The notes beneath the pieces were generated by a model, which did no database searches, was not told where the DNA came from, and saw only the letters and a program-made list of their open reading frames with translations. A program made the translations under genes and the position numbers. Positions 38,945-52,100 of a DNA stretch of 64,000 nucleotides are shown in pieces (position 1 is the first letter of the stretch; every line of letters begins with the position of its first letter). The DNA comes from Bigelowiella natans CCMP2755 (taxonomy: Eukaryota > Protista > Cercozoa): positions 39,975 through 103,974 of the forward strand of contig ADNK01001731.1 of assembly GCA_000320545.1 (NCBI GenBank), read 5' to 3'.

Positions 38945-39817
38945 ATGCCCGAATATTTCCGCGGGAGCGATGCTTTCGGTAGCTGGGTCTCCGTCCATCT
39001 ACTGGAGACACATGGGATAGCCTCGGCGTCCGAAGCCGAGCGAGAAGTCGTTGCTGAGAGCATTAGGCTATACTACCCCCTGCGCCTACTCCTGAGCCAC
39101 CCGCGCAACAACGTCTCCATCGAGTTCGTCACCGAGGCCCCGGGCTCGATCCGAAGCGCCAGGTACAACTTCCTCCCGGAATCAGATGTAGTGTACAGGG
39201 GACGCTTTGTCGTGCCCAACTACCCCGAAGCCGAGGCCGAGTATGTAGTATACCGCCGCAGTAGCGCCACGACCCCTGAGACCCTGGGAAGCTCGAACCA
39301 TCTCCAGTCCGAATTCCGCGAATATGAAAACCTAGTCGTCGACCGCGAGCGTGGCGTGGTGTACGATTTCACCGTCTTCAAGAGCTACCTGTCAACGCAT
39401 GACCAGGTCGAGAACTCCTACGGCGTTCTGGATTGCCCTCACATGACGACGCTGCTCCACGCTTGGGAGAACGGTTCCAACGGGAGCGACCCTAAGAATC
39501 CGATCCTCATGTTAGACCCCGCGCGCGTCTCGGGGCTAGCCGTAGAGCACCTGTTCCTCGCTAACCTCTTCTCGGTGGCCGCGGCCAAGTACGAGCTCAT
39601 CCTACAGAAGGCGCTCGTCGCAAGTAGCCAGGGGCTGGCCATGCCCGAGTCAGGGCTACTCGAGATCGCCAACAAGCTCAGCGAGATCGGGACCCGCTTC
39701 GTGAGCGGTCAAACAGAAATCTTCCAGTGGCAGTCCGACTTGAACGAAGACGTCGCGAAAGCCCTTCGCGATGTCAACGAACAGTACCCACAGACTGATG
39801 CACAAAAGAAACCATGA
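38945..39817 (+). CDS. Hypothetical protein, GC-rich, intronless, not hypermutated
   Basis: 290-aa ORF with strong GC3 bias and many Tyr codons. Confidence 0.65.
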   Translation: MPEYFRGSDAFGSWVSVHLLETHGIASASEAEREVVAESIRLYYPLRLLLSHPRNNVSIEFVTEAPGSIRSARYNFLPESDVVYRGRFVVPNYPEAEAEYVVYRRSSATTPETLGSSNHLQSEFREYENLVVDRERGVVYDFTVFKSYLSTHDQVENSYGVLDCPHMTTLLHAWENGSNGSDPKNPILMLDPARVSGLAVEHLFLANLFSVAAAKYELILQKALVASSQGLAMPESGLLEIANKLSEIGTRFVSGQTEIFQWQSDLNEDVAKALRDVNEQYPQTDAQKKP

Positions 39818-39819
39818 TG

Positions 39820-41250
39820 AACACTGAACACACGCATGCCACCCAATGTGCACATGACTTGGAAAGCCTGTCGCACTGCCCAAGGCAAATGCGCCAGCAT
39901 GCATGCATCACACATGCAAACGCACATGTCCAACACGCTGCTGCTGAAACTGAACCAGAACAAGACTGCATGCCTAGCACACTGCCTGATGTGAGCTAGC
40001 AAGCACGCGCTTGGTAGTCATGACCGACCACATGCTGGCATGGCGAAGCAAAAAAACAAGTGGGCGAATTGTGTGAAGTTTCAAGGAGAGCGAAAAAGGG
40101 CAGAACAAAAGTTCTTTCACTCTCGGAGCAATCATCTGGTGCGGCCACGCATGATCAAAAGCGTGAATTTGAAAACGGCACGCTCAAGCACACGACCATT
40201 CTGATGGACATTGGCGTGCACCAGGCATGCTGGCATGACGAAAATGCTGCGAAATTTTGAATTCACTGACTTCGAAATTTCGCGCTTTTTTTTCAGGCAT
40301 CAAGTTTTGTCATGAGTTGACCCAAGCAGTGACCTCCAGCAGCACATTCAAAAATTGAGTTTTTTTCTTGAACCAAGCCAAAACGTGCTTTGTTTTGCAC
40401 ATGCAGAAATCATGCAACACCGCTGAATTCATTTTTGCTTGAGTTCTTGCAGGAAACACTGGAACATGCGAAATTGTGAAATTCTCGGGTTTCGCCTAGT
40501 TGTGAAGTTCTTCGGAAAGTTTTGCATCGGCTTGTCATCAGCGCCACACCGGCTCCAGTGTGCAACGTGCGGCGCGCATCGTTTCAGACACACGCTGGCA
40601 CAACTCTCTGGAACTCAAAAGTCCAAGTGATGAAGCAGCATGTCAGAACTGAAACTAGCTAGCTAGTGAAAGTCCAAGTGACGGCGTGACGTCCGAATCA
40701 TGACAGACACAGTGACATCACATTGCCAAATTGCGCACATCCATCGTGATTCAAAAGCGCAATGGACCCAGGGACCCAGCTAGCCAGTCCAGCTAGCTAG
40801 CTAACTGGCAGTCTAGAAGTGGCCAAATGACCTCAGAAATCAACACCCCAAAGCAGAAAGTGACCTCAAAACTCAAACTCCCAAGCTAGCAAGCTAGCAA
40901 GTGACAAGACCCAGAGACAACTCAAAAAACCATCTCTAGACTCTAGACCTGGACATCAATTCGACCATGAACAACTTGCTAGCTTAGCTTCTGGATTCTG
41001 GCCAAAATGGGTGAATTTGTGCGGCAACATTGCTTCCAACTACGTCAATGATGATCCACGTCTAGCAGTTGTGAGACTGCGTGCGCGCATGGACAACGAT
41101 CGATGTGAAGATTGGTAGTACACGCGATGCACTAACGTCAAAACATCCACACACATGCTAGCATGTGCGAGGAGTTGATGTGGCAGATGATCACAGCAAA
41201 GCTTTGAAATACTATGTGATATAATTGGTTCAAATGAATGCAGCATACAT
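39820..41250. other. TpA-depleted block with short AGCTAG / AAGTCCAAGTGA / TGACCTCA repeats
   Basis: Almost all surviving TA in 39820-41000 is in CTAG. Confidence 0.8.
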
Positions 41251-41434
41251 GCAGACTACTGCATTCCTCACAAATATCTAAGGTCACTCATGCTCTATCT
41301 TTAAGAAAACGACTCATAGCGCTCTATAAGATAACAATAAAAATGCCTCGAAATCCTCGAAATGTGAGCCCGCTACTTCCAGAGACACGAAGATGGCTAC
41401 ATTTTTCGATCGATTATAAATGCTCCAGTTCTTT

Positions 41435-41667
41435 TCAACTAGAAATGATAGACTCAACAAGCCAACTACCAGCAGACAAAGTAGAGAAAGAGAGATAGAA
41501 AGAGAGCAAGCGAGAGTGATAAAACCGGGGAAGAATCATACCAAATTAATAAAAATGGTTCAACGAAGATGTCGTCGTTCGAGCACGTGGCACCACAAGC
41601 GGGGGTAAGGAAAAAGGGATATGCATTATAAATTGCTTCGCAGGAATCGCCGGTCGTCACCATTACT

Positions 41668-41702
<35 letters not shown>

Positions 41703-44240
41703 ACCATCAATAAGGCGCATAAACCCTCAATTCATATGTAACTACACATTAGCCGCTACTGACTATCATACGCTTCATACCCGATGAGGAAGGAGACAGA
41801 TGCTGTAATGCCTCCGAAAACTAAAATCTCAAACCCTGACGACCACCTAGCAATCGGCCGATCGACAATAAGATTATGGAATAAGATGCAATTTCCCAAA
41901 TATATCATGGGCGAGACTGAAAGCAGGCATTGATCATTTTCGAGCTAGGTTTTTTATAATAAGCAATTCCATTGTGGTCTTACCGTAGTACCATTAATCG
42001 AGATATCCATACCAGATTACACAAATGAGAACATCACCATGTTTCCGTACCATCATCCTCACTACTATTTTCCCGTGTCGTCATAGAGAGAGGCATACGC
42101 TCCCAAACATGCACACCACCACATATGTACGCACCAGGACTGTGTAGTAAACTGGCTCTTGATCGCGCCCAGGATGAAGAGCATGACCCCCGTCATGCAA
42201 ATTGAAATACCGAAAAGCTGGTGAACATGCATTCACACACATACGCACGCACACACACGAACACACGCACAGCGAGAAGTCCGTATATTAGATAACCACA
42301 CCAAGCATGTGACAATATCCCCCCGCGCTCCGACAAACCTCCGTTTCGCTGAGGTTGCTTCCGATTGTGAAGAGGTAGCCAAGCAATGGAAAGAGACCGA
42401 AGAACACGAACGAGGAAAAGGTAACAAAACCATCGAAGCTGACATATACGACGAAGAAGAATAATAGAAAAATAAAAAAACATCCAGCATCCCAACATAG
42501 CATACCATCCTCATCTTCCCTCCCGCACATCTACTACATGCTGGGGTGTTATTCATTCTTCAGTATGCAATATCAATCCTTAAATTGAAGCTTTTGTTGG
42601 GCAGGAGAAAACCGGGAAAACTGCGTTGTGTTGTTTGTCGTCATTACGCAGGGTTCTCGTCATCTCCAGGCACCAACATCCCCAGCTCTTCCACCATCAT
42701 AGTGTCCAAAAATATATCCTTATACCTAGTAAAACAGTAGCGGGGGGGATTGTAATCTCGAGATTCGTATTATGAATTTATGTTCGCGCTTCTTCTGTCT
42801 CTAGTTCACCCGTTTTAACTATTATCAAGTACTTTGACATTTTGGTGACGATTTCTCTGGCGTCCTCCTCGTTCATGCCCTTCTTCGTGTATACCTCCAC
42901 CATTTCAGCTATCTCGCCCTAATGAATGAGTTGTGGAGCGGAGAAACTCACTATTTGGTCTCTTATTGCAGGCAAAATATCAGGCAGCTACGACGTGTAA
43001 GATCGAGGTTTATCTTTAACCTCAGGATAGCTCTCAAACTCCCATGCTTCCCGCTCCCGTTCTTTCATAATAGCCGCGTTCTGTGCCTTGGTGCTGTTTC
43101 AGATCATATGTGGTAGTTTCAGACCACACGTACTTCGCGGTGAGGTTTTCTGCGCGTATTCTGCGCGTATTTGCTTGCTTCAAGATTGTCCTTTGTGACG
43201 GGAGATGGACGCCTTCTCCCATCGTGTGCAATTTAGCGGGGGTGAGTGGGTTTAACGTGCAAGGATTGACGACGTACGTACCTCAGAGCGTCGCCCATCC
43301 CCATCGACAGTGCATCAGCGAACATGTTGGAGAAACCGAGCACTAGGACAACCTCGATTCCAAATCCGCCTATTACAAACATGCAGCTTTCCGTCATATA
43401 CCACCCTCTCATTCTCGTTTAAGTTCTAATCGGATGGGAAAAAGTATATCTTGTGAACTCGACCTCCAGCAGCCCCAGAGACAACAGCAAAGGTGGTAAT
43501 GATCCCATCAAGCCCTGGAATAAGAAGGTGGGTATTCAACAAAGGGTGTGTCTTCGGGGGAGACAGGCCATGTACAACTAGGAGAGCTTTCAACTAGTCG
43601 TGCATGATAGAGGGAAAAAAATGCTTGTGATATGAGAAATGGTAATAGTTATATCTTTTATATACTATATGCTCGCTTGGTTTGAGAACCGGTGCGGTGC
43701 CAAATTTTTAATTTATGGCTACACCTCCGTATACGATGGATTTCAGGTAGTCAGAAGCATCAGAATGCTTTTCACTCGCTGGGGATCCGACAGTGAGCTT
43801 GTGGGCCTGTTTGGAAGAATCAGCGTTCTTCTCGTCGTAAGCCTGATAAATTACGTAGGAGGGGGTGGGAAGGGGGGAGGGCATGCTAATTAATCGAATG
43901 CGTGATTTTTGCCTCTAATGCTTAGATTGTAAATTTCAAGTCTACGATTCTAAGGAAGAAATCAAAGAGAAGAAAACAAGCTTTCGATCTTCAGCGAAAC
44001 CCTTTTAAAAGTAGTTTCTCTACATCAAAATGGTGAGCATTGTGTCAAGAACATGTTGAGAATTTACCTTACGAGCCTGGACGAGATCTCGCATTCCCAC
44101 TGCAAAAATGGTCACCAAAAATCAAATTTAGAGCTAGACGCCCCACCCTTTCTCCCTTCAAATGTACTACTATCACACCATCTAGTCTACGATGATTCAC
44201 CTTCCGAGGCGTTGTCGAGTGATTTCTTGAGTTTGGGCAT
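41435..44240 (-). CDS. VIT1/CCC1-family vacuolar iron/manganese transporter, intron-rich
   Basis: YLKSIVYG|GLDGIITTFAVVSGAAG, GFSNMFADALSMGMGD, EREREAWEFE.YPE|GEIAEM, MMVEELG, FSSFVFFGLFPLL, IG|WLVESIISS-stop. Confidence 0.92.
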
Positions 44241-44499
44241 GATAGCGGGAGAGAGCAGGCACGTTGATTTTTGATGAATTGGAACCTCGCGAGTCTGCAA
44301 CAAAAATGACCTACATTTAATTCGTGCGACATACGGAAACTTTCAACACGGCTAGTACGAGGGCTGTGGGCCGTGGGGTTCGGATGGTGGGCATCTCGGC
44401 ACACCATACCATGGTTGCACAGGCAAACCGATCAATCAAAAATCAATCAAAAACACCCAAAAAAATCAAAAAAAAGAAGGGAAAAAGAAGAAGGATTTC

Positions 44500-46156
44500 C
44501 TGGATTTCAAAAATTTTCTAAGACGATTTCCATGTTTCAAGTTCCGAATTTCGGCATTCATTTTGCATTTTGAAATTACATGCACCTGTGAATCCGATGT
44601 GGGTGCCGAGGGGGGTTCCGATGGGTCAATGGCGTGATGTGGACCGAGGTCAAGTTCCGGAGACATGTGTAGTTTTTTTGATGATGTGTGATGACATGTG
44701 CTTGAGACCCACATGGTGCGATGTGAGAGAATCCAAAGCTGAACATGAGCGTTTTTCATGACCAAAAACCCAACAGATTTGATGAATTTCATGCCCCCGT
44801 TTCACAATGTGATGATGCGATCGAGGTGCACTCATTCATTTGAGCTCGGGTTGTGCTGCCACGGCTGGGCTCCATTGCGAGTTCGCAGCTGAACACTCGA
44901 ACTCAGATCCATCATCGCATCAAATTGCTCCAGTCGCTGTCGATCCACCCATGCCACTGCTGAGCGCTGGTTGCGTGCGTGTTCTCCTCATCAGCAGGCT
45001 CACGCGCACCACTCACTTGCTGTTGGTTGGTGCGCGGCGTTTGCGATCCGCCCGGATTTGCACAAAGCGGATGCTCCTCACTCAGAAGCGCGAATTGGGA
45101 TTGCATTGCAACTGAATTTCCGATGCTCAAAAAACGACAGCCTGGAAATGGTTGTGCGCGCAGCAGTGAAAAACGAGAACAATTGTGAACAAAGAAATGC
45201 AAGGGCGTGCGTCGCAGGCAGACGGCCATGAAGGCGGTGAACAGTGAACTTGATGCATTGACCGTCGTGTTCAGTGCTGTGTGTGGTTGCAGTGAGCAAC
45301 AACCTGCCCTCGTTTTGAGGGGCCGCGCGCGTGCGCGCCGCGTGCGCGCGACGGGCGAGCAGTGGCGCTGGCTTCTTCATGCATCATGCGCAGCAGGGTT
45401 GACACTCATTTCAGAATCGTGCAGGGAGAGAGTGTGCGCCGCGATTCATTGAGCGCGCGAAGTGGCGATGCATGATGCCACACACACACAATGGTGTGAA
45501 CAGTCGAAGCAATGCGCATGGCATGTGCTTCGCAGGCCAAGTGCATCGCGTGTCGGCAGAATGTGCAATGAAAAAATGATTGAATGAACAAACCGCAAGT
45601 GTTGTCCAACACGTCAGAAACTGCTTGTTTCATGTCATCAACGTGTTTGCGCTTGTCCAAACAATTCGTGGAGAATGTGAGAATCACAGCTGCGGTCAGT
45701 TGCGCATCACTGCACCCAACAGAAACCCTTGCAACGAAAGCAAGTCCAAGTTTTGAACACTTTGTGTTGACTCCTTCGTTTCTGTCTCATTTTGATGCAC
45801 TTTTGGTGATTTTTGTCGTTGTTTCCACTCCACTTGTCGCGTTCAGCCGCGGAGCACACACCGAGATGATTCTCACGTTTTTGATTTGCGAGTCCGCCAT
45901 GGACTGACCTGTGATGTGTGTGTGTGTGTGTTGGAATGGTTGGCAATGCTCAGTGTTTTTTCACAATTTTTTGACAATTCTTCACGAGATTCATCATCTC
46001 TTGCACATGGTTGACAGAACAATGCCAAACACAACATTTTCATCGTTTGATGATTCAGTTCCTTCCTTTGCTGCAACTGGTGATGGACTCGCATGTGGCA
46101 AAGGAACAAGCACTGTGCGTGTGTGTGTGTGTGGGTGGGTGTGTGTGTGTGTGTGG

Positions 46157-46188
<32 letters not shown>

Positions 46189-49099
46189 AAATCAGGGTCA
46201 GAGAGATGATGTGAAGGTGCCAACACTTGGCGCAGCCACAATGTTTGCACCGGCCCTTGGTGCTCCGAATGCGTTTTTTTTTCCGAACAGGGGTTTCTTC
46301 TGATGCATTGTCATCACGAAGCCGAGAAGTTTTGGGGCGTTTTGCAGGTTGCAGGCCAACGTGGACACTTCTCTTCGGGCGTGTGAAATCGAAAACATCC
46401 ACATCGTCATCCAAGTTGTGATGCGAGTGTTCTTCGCATGTGTCGAACACACGTTGAAGATTGATGGTCCCAGCAGCACGAGGTTGAACCGAACGTTGAT
46501 CAGTGCGTGGATGGTTCTGAGATGTGGACGACCCTGCAGACTCGTCGCGGTCATCGTCTGGGTTTGATTCACACGAAGAATCCTCGTCGTCGCTGTGCAA
46601 ATGGATGTCGTGCAGATCGTCATCCTCATCATCATCGAAGATGTTGAGGAACCTGATGGGAAGGAACGACTGCGACGGTCGGCCTTCCATCGTGAGGTGT
46701 TCTGGGACATTTTCCAGTGCGTCAGCATCAAGTTCCACCTCCTCAATGGCTTCAACGGTGGCATCACTGTTTCTGGCGCGCTTCCAGCGACACAAAATGT
46801 TGTCGCAGTTGCGTGCGTGTTTTGGGCCACACGTCTTTGCAATTGATGTGAAGCATCCAGTGACGTTGCATGTTGGCCCAATCTGCGCCAGACTCTGACA
46901 AGTTCACGTCATCCTCTGGGAGGAGGTCGTTGCACAGTTTCATCTCACGGGGACCATTCAATTTCCTGGGCGGCATGGACAGTCCCAATCTGATGCTGAT
47001 GAATTTCATCGAGAAAGGCAGCTTGACATCCTCCAGGCGGCGACTGAGGTTCCTCTCCACCACATCTCTGTTCAACACTTCAGCTTCATCCATGTGCAAT
47101 GGTGCCAGTGTGGATCGTTCCCCTGTGTTCACAAAATTCTGTGACACACACCACCCATTCCACTTCGGTTTTCCGAAAAGCTCCATGCACAATGGTTGTG
47201 TCCTCTCTTCAACCCACACCTGCGTGTGGCCAAAGTTCGGAAGACTTCTGTTCTTGGAACCAACACCAGTGTTGTGATGGTGCACGAAATCGCGCAGGAT
47301 GCAGTCAGCCAATTGGACGGACAGATTGGCGCCACGGAACAACTTTGTTGTCTTCTGATGAACGCCCTCGACCGAATTGGTGCCCCTAGCGCATCTCCAC
47401 AGCGGCAGGCCCGACCCTTTGCAGGTGCCAATCCGACAGTGCAGAGGAATTTCAGGATCTGTGCCATGTCCATCTTTCAGCAACTTTGGAACCTCATCCA
47501 TTTTTTTTCTAGCAGCATCGTTGAAGAGAGGCTTCTTGGTCTTCTTGTCAAGCACATCTCTGCATTGCATGTGCACTTTGTTCGCCCATTCGAACAGAAC
47601 ATCGCACTTCGGAACACAACGCCGCACGCGTTTGCTCAGCCATCTGCTTCCGAAGTTTCGCAAGATTCGCTTCATCTTCCTCTCAGAGCAGCCCATGCCC
47701 GTGAGGTGAGCAATCACGTTTTCTTCATTGGATTTCACACGAACAAACATCGCTTCTCGCATGTCCTTGTGGCAGGCCGAAACCGCACCATGGTTTCTGG
47801 CCAAATGTGGGCGATCCATTGGGTGAAACAGATCGGACTTGACTCTTCGTGTCTTCGCATCACCGGGATCGGGTCGAATCTCTGTCCGCACCACAGCAAC
47901 ATCGACGATGGAGTCTAGCTCTGTGTGATGAGATGTTTGCAATGGCCTCGTCCATTTCCAAGGCCACAGAATGTCTTTCCACTTGCCATCGTTCTTCTGG
48001 AGACTCGATGCATCCTGCTTCTCTTTGCAATTGCCCACTTTCTTTGTGACTGGATTGATGGGAAGTTTGCAATTCCTGAGCTTGACTTCGCTGAGCTTGA
48101 CTAGAACCCTCGTTTTGGAGATTGTGGCCCGAGTCCTACGTGATGCCGTTGTGCCACACATTGTTCCATGAGGATCCCATTGTTGTCCCAGGACGGCGTG
48201 CTTCACAACTCCCACTGCTGCCATGCGGTTGGATGCTGGGTCCACCAATTCCACTGCCTTTCCAGCTTGCCGATGTGACTCAGGCTTCAGTCGCGCTTTG
48301 AGATCAGGCTTTGACAGCATTGCAGCATGCACCAAAACTGACGCCACTGAGTCCATGGCGGCACACTTGATGGCTTTGGCGGACAGTTTCCCCCTCCAGT
48401 TTCCCAAACGTGTGCTCTCAGGCTTGGGAAGATGCAGATGCAAGGACTTCTCAACCAATTCTTGAAGCCCTGCCTTCCCATCTGTCACTGTCTCTCTCTC
48501 ACGAGCTCGCTTTCCAAGTTCCTGCACTGATTTGCGAAACGGAACATTGATTTGCCAGTCATCTCTGAGCTTGGAGACATCTCCACCGAGATTTTTGCCG
48601 ACTGCCAATGGCCTCGGGTCTTGAAGAAAGGTTTTGAGGTCCGCCCTCTGCACCGGTGTCGTGTTGTGCATTTGGAACACCCACGCCTTCCCTGATGGCA
48701 ATGCAACCTGCACGGTTGCTGCTTTGCCGCACTTGGTCAATCTCTTCTGACCATTCCCAATGTCAGTCGGAACAACGTTCCACTCACAATCAAGGCCATG
48801 CGCGCCTCTCAGGAGATTGTTCAATCCGGACGAAGTGGGTCGCAATGCCGATTCTTTGATGGCCTGCAAGAGTCGCCTGATGTTCCCACTGACAACCGAA
48901 ACACACGTGTGATTGCATGTGCACACTGTCATGCATTGATGTGAGCACACGAGTGCATTGATGACACCAGAGAGCATGTAGCACACGCACGAAACAGTGT
49001 TTGGCAATGCAAGGAGCATGCTCACATTGATGCAACACGTCATGCCCACCCACCCACTCCACCTTGCACACACGTGTGAATGCATGCATCAGATGTGAA

Positions 49100-49136
<37 letters not shown>

Positions 49137-52100
49137 CACACCTTTTCTCAGTGACCAGAACTGGTTTTTTCTTCAGGTCCATCGTGTCCAATGTTTCATG
49201 GCCCTTGTTTTCTCCAACGTGCAACGCTAGAACGAGCCAAGTGTGTTTTCTGAAAACTGGGCATCTGACACGTCGTCAGTGAACACACAGTTTGGTCCTT
49301 CTTCTCCACAGGCTTCGCATCTCCGCTTCAGGCGAGTCAAAACAGCACGAAGCTCATGCAACGACTTGGTGTGGCACAAATTCATGGCAACCACTTGGTC
49401 GTACTCATTCAGGACCGTGAAGCAACTTTCGAAGAGTTGCATTCCCCTGTCGCGCATCCTCTTGGGGACCTGAAAACAAACAACCGGTTGGGAGGGTGAA
49501 ACGTGGAACGAACGAACGGTGTGGATGTGAGCGTGAACGACCTTGAACGAATGGTCAATCTTGAGAACACTGCCACGTGCTTGTGACAGTTGATGGTCCA
49601 ACCATTCCAACCGAAGCTCGTGGTCACGCTTGCACGCCTTCGTGAGGCACTTCGAAGTGGGGAGATGACCAGCGCACTTGGTTTGGTCTTCGAATTTTGA
49701 AAACACATGCAATTGCTGCCCCCCGCACATCCCATTCCTCATGCTTTTTTGCCGTTCACAAAACATCATCTCAGTGCGTGCATGTGGACTCCTGTGAGCC
49801 TGCGACATGCGTCTGCTGGTTGCAGAGAAGTTGCATGTGTGTGTGCACTGAGATGACATGTCCTCTAGCACTCGTTTGTCCATCGCAGCTTTGTGTGTTG
49901 TGGTTGCAGGGAATTGGTGTGCTGATCCTGAGTGGGCGATGGATCGTTGATTCGTGTTCATGAAGGATGTGTTGCAACTTTTGCAATGCATCCTTCGAGA
50001 CATCACGTGGCAGCACGAGTTTCTGTCAACCACGCGCCTTCCAGCATTGTGACTCACAAAACCTCTCACTTCAGTGTCCCAGGGGTTGTGACAGTCCTTG
50101 TTGGGACAGTGAAACATCGCTTCTTTGCTGCACACATCAGGCAGCCACACGAAGATTGCAGGCAGATGATGCCTGTCAGGATCGAAACGTCCAGTGCGGA
50201 TGTGATGGGGAGAAGGAGGATGGAACCACCTGGTGCCTCTCTTGACGCTGTCCAGAAGTTCTTTCTTGGGGGGCACACACTTGAGATGTTTGGAGAAGGG
50301 TTTGTCATTGCTTTCGAAAGCACCTCTCATGGCACACGAGAGTCTGTGTTTGAAAGCTTGCGTGTGCTCTCTGGCCATTCCCTTGTGATCAGGGTGCTCT
50401 TCGGCCTCGACAGCCTCGTCGTTTGCCCACTGATCCTCAACATCACTGCTGTCACTGTCGGAATCGCTGTGACACAGCGCCGCATGTTCAGGAATTTCCA
50501 TTCCACATTCGTCAACGTGCTCTGCAACTGATTCGTCCCCTGTGTGCGAATGACCTCCGGATTCTTCCAGCTCATCCGATGACAATTCTTGAGCATCAGA
50601 TGATGGTGATGGCTGTGAGGGTGTGGATGCGGGAGGATTGGAAAGGTTGGGGGGGCGGGGTGGATGTGGAACGTTGGAAGGTCCAAAGTCGCCACGGAGA
50701 AATGACGATTCCACGTCTCTCTCCAGGCCACGAACACGCTCCAATGCCTTCGAACGTGCTTTGGCTTCTGCAACACACACACACATGCACACATCAGCAC
50801 ACCACAGGCACCCAACACACAGCAAGAACACTGTGAAATTTTGAGATTTGCAACACATGGGTGTTGTGATTTGATTCACATGGACCACACTCATGATGCA
50901 GAACATTCATCAAATGTCATTGATGGTGATTTTGGCAAAAGTTCTGATGTCAATGTTTTGGATGACGTGAAAGGAAAGAAAAAGGAAAAAGGAAAGGAAA
51001 AGGAAAAGGAACCTGATCCTGTCATGATGCATGAACATCACTTTGAGGTTCCAGTGTGCTCAGACAACACGGAAAATGGATGCAGAGATTCCTGTTCAGC
51101 ATGGCCATTTGGAATTTGTGGATTCAAAATGAATGAGATGGAACATGTTTCTGATGCAAAAGATGCTCAATTTGACACATCAGAACTGTTTGATCACTTG
51201 AAAAAGTTGCAATGACGATTGATTCACAAACCCTGACCCCAGCCCGAGAAGTTCAGAATTGTGTGATTCTGTGTCATTTTGAGGGTTGTGAGTGAAATGT
51301 TGGGACCTTGTTTTCTTTCAGATGCTCTGAAGATGTCCCACAAAGATGTGCCATTTCTGTTGTTGTTTTTTTTGCCTTTGGATCCTTTCTTCCTCCCGGC
51401 TCCTCGTCTGAAGCCGCCACTTGGCATCCTGAAGTTGAAAATGATGGTGGTGATGCTTGTGGTGTGTGTGAGGTTGGTTTGTGATGCACTGGTCACACGT
51501 GAGGATGGAATGCGAATTTGGAATGCAAAAAACTGCAAAGGCACACACATGCACGTTGTCTGGCTTTTGTGTCACTTTTGAACATGCGAGAATTCAAACA
51601 CACACGCATGACCACGTTGGAACATCATCATTTCATTCCCTCCATTCATCCCTGCACCTGGTGTGCGTCCGGTGGGTCTCAGTTGCAGGCTGTCTCAGCG
51701 TGCACAGGACTTGACTCCATTGCCTCCCGAAAAAATGAAGTTTCCTCGGTGTGCCATTTTTCCCGCCAAGCACCTCGCCATGCCACTCGCCATGCCATTG
51801 GCACAGCGTGGCCACGTTGTCGCTGCGCCAGTGCAACCCTGATCTGGTGTGCCGAAAGGCGTCTCAGCCTGGCTTTTTCCGCTGTTGCTCAGCAACTGCG
51901 ACCTGCGACATCCATGATTCTCAGATCAATGTGGATTTGATCAATGCTTTGTTCATTGTTCATTGTCATTGTTCATCAATCACAAACTGCAGACGAACGG
52001 TCACTTTTTGGGTGATTTTCCCAGGAAAAAAAAAGCAGAAGATGGTGGATGCCAAGACAGGTCGCTTGGGGTTCGTGGGTGTGGTGAGCAAACCATCACG

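Larger units (their letters stand above)
32357..39817. mobile_element. Endogenous giant-virus (NCLDV)-like segment
   Basis: Dense intronless genes with short intergenic gaps, from families common in NCLDV (patatin, Nudix, Stealth); no capsid, polymerase or ATPase hallmark seen. Confidence 0.65.
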
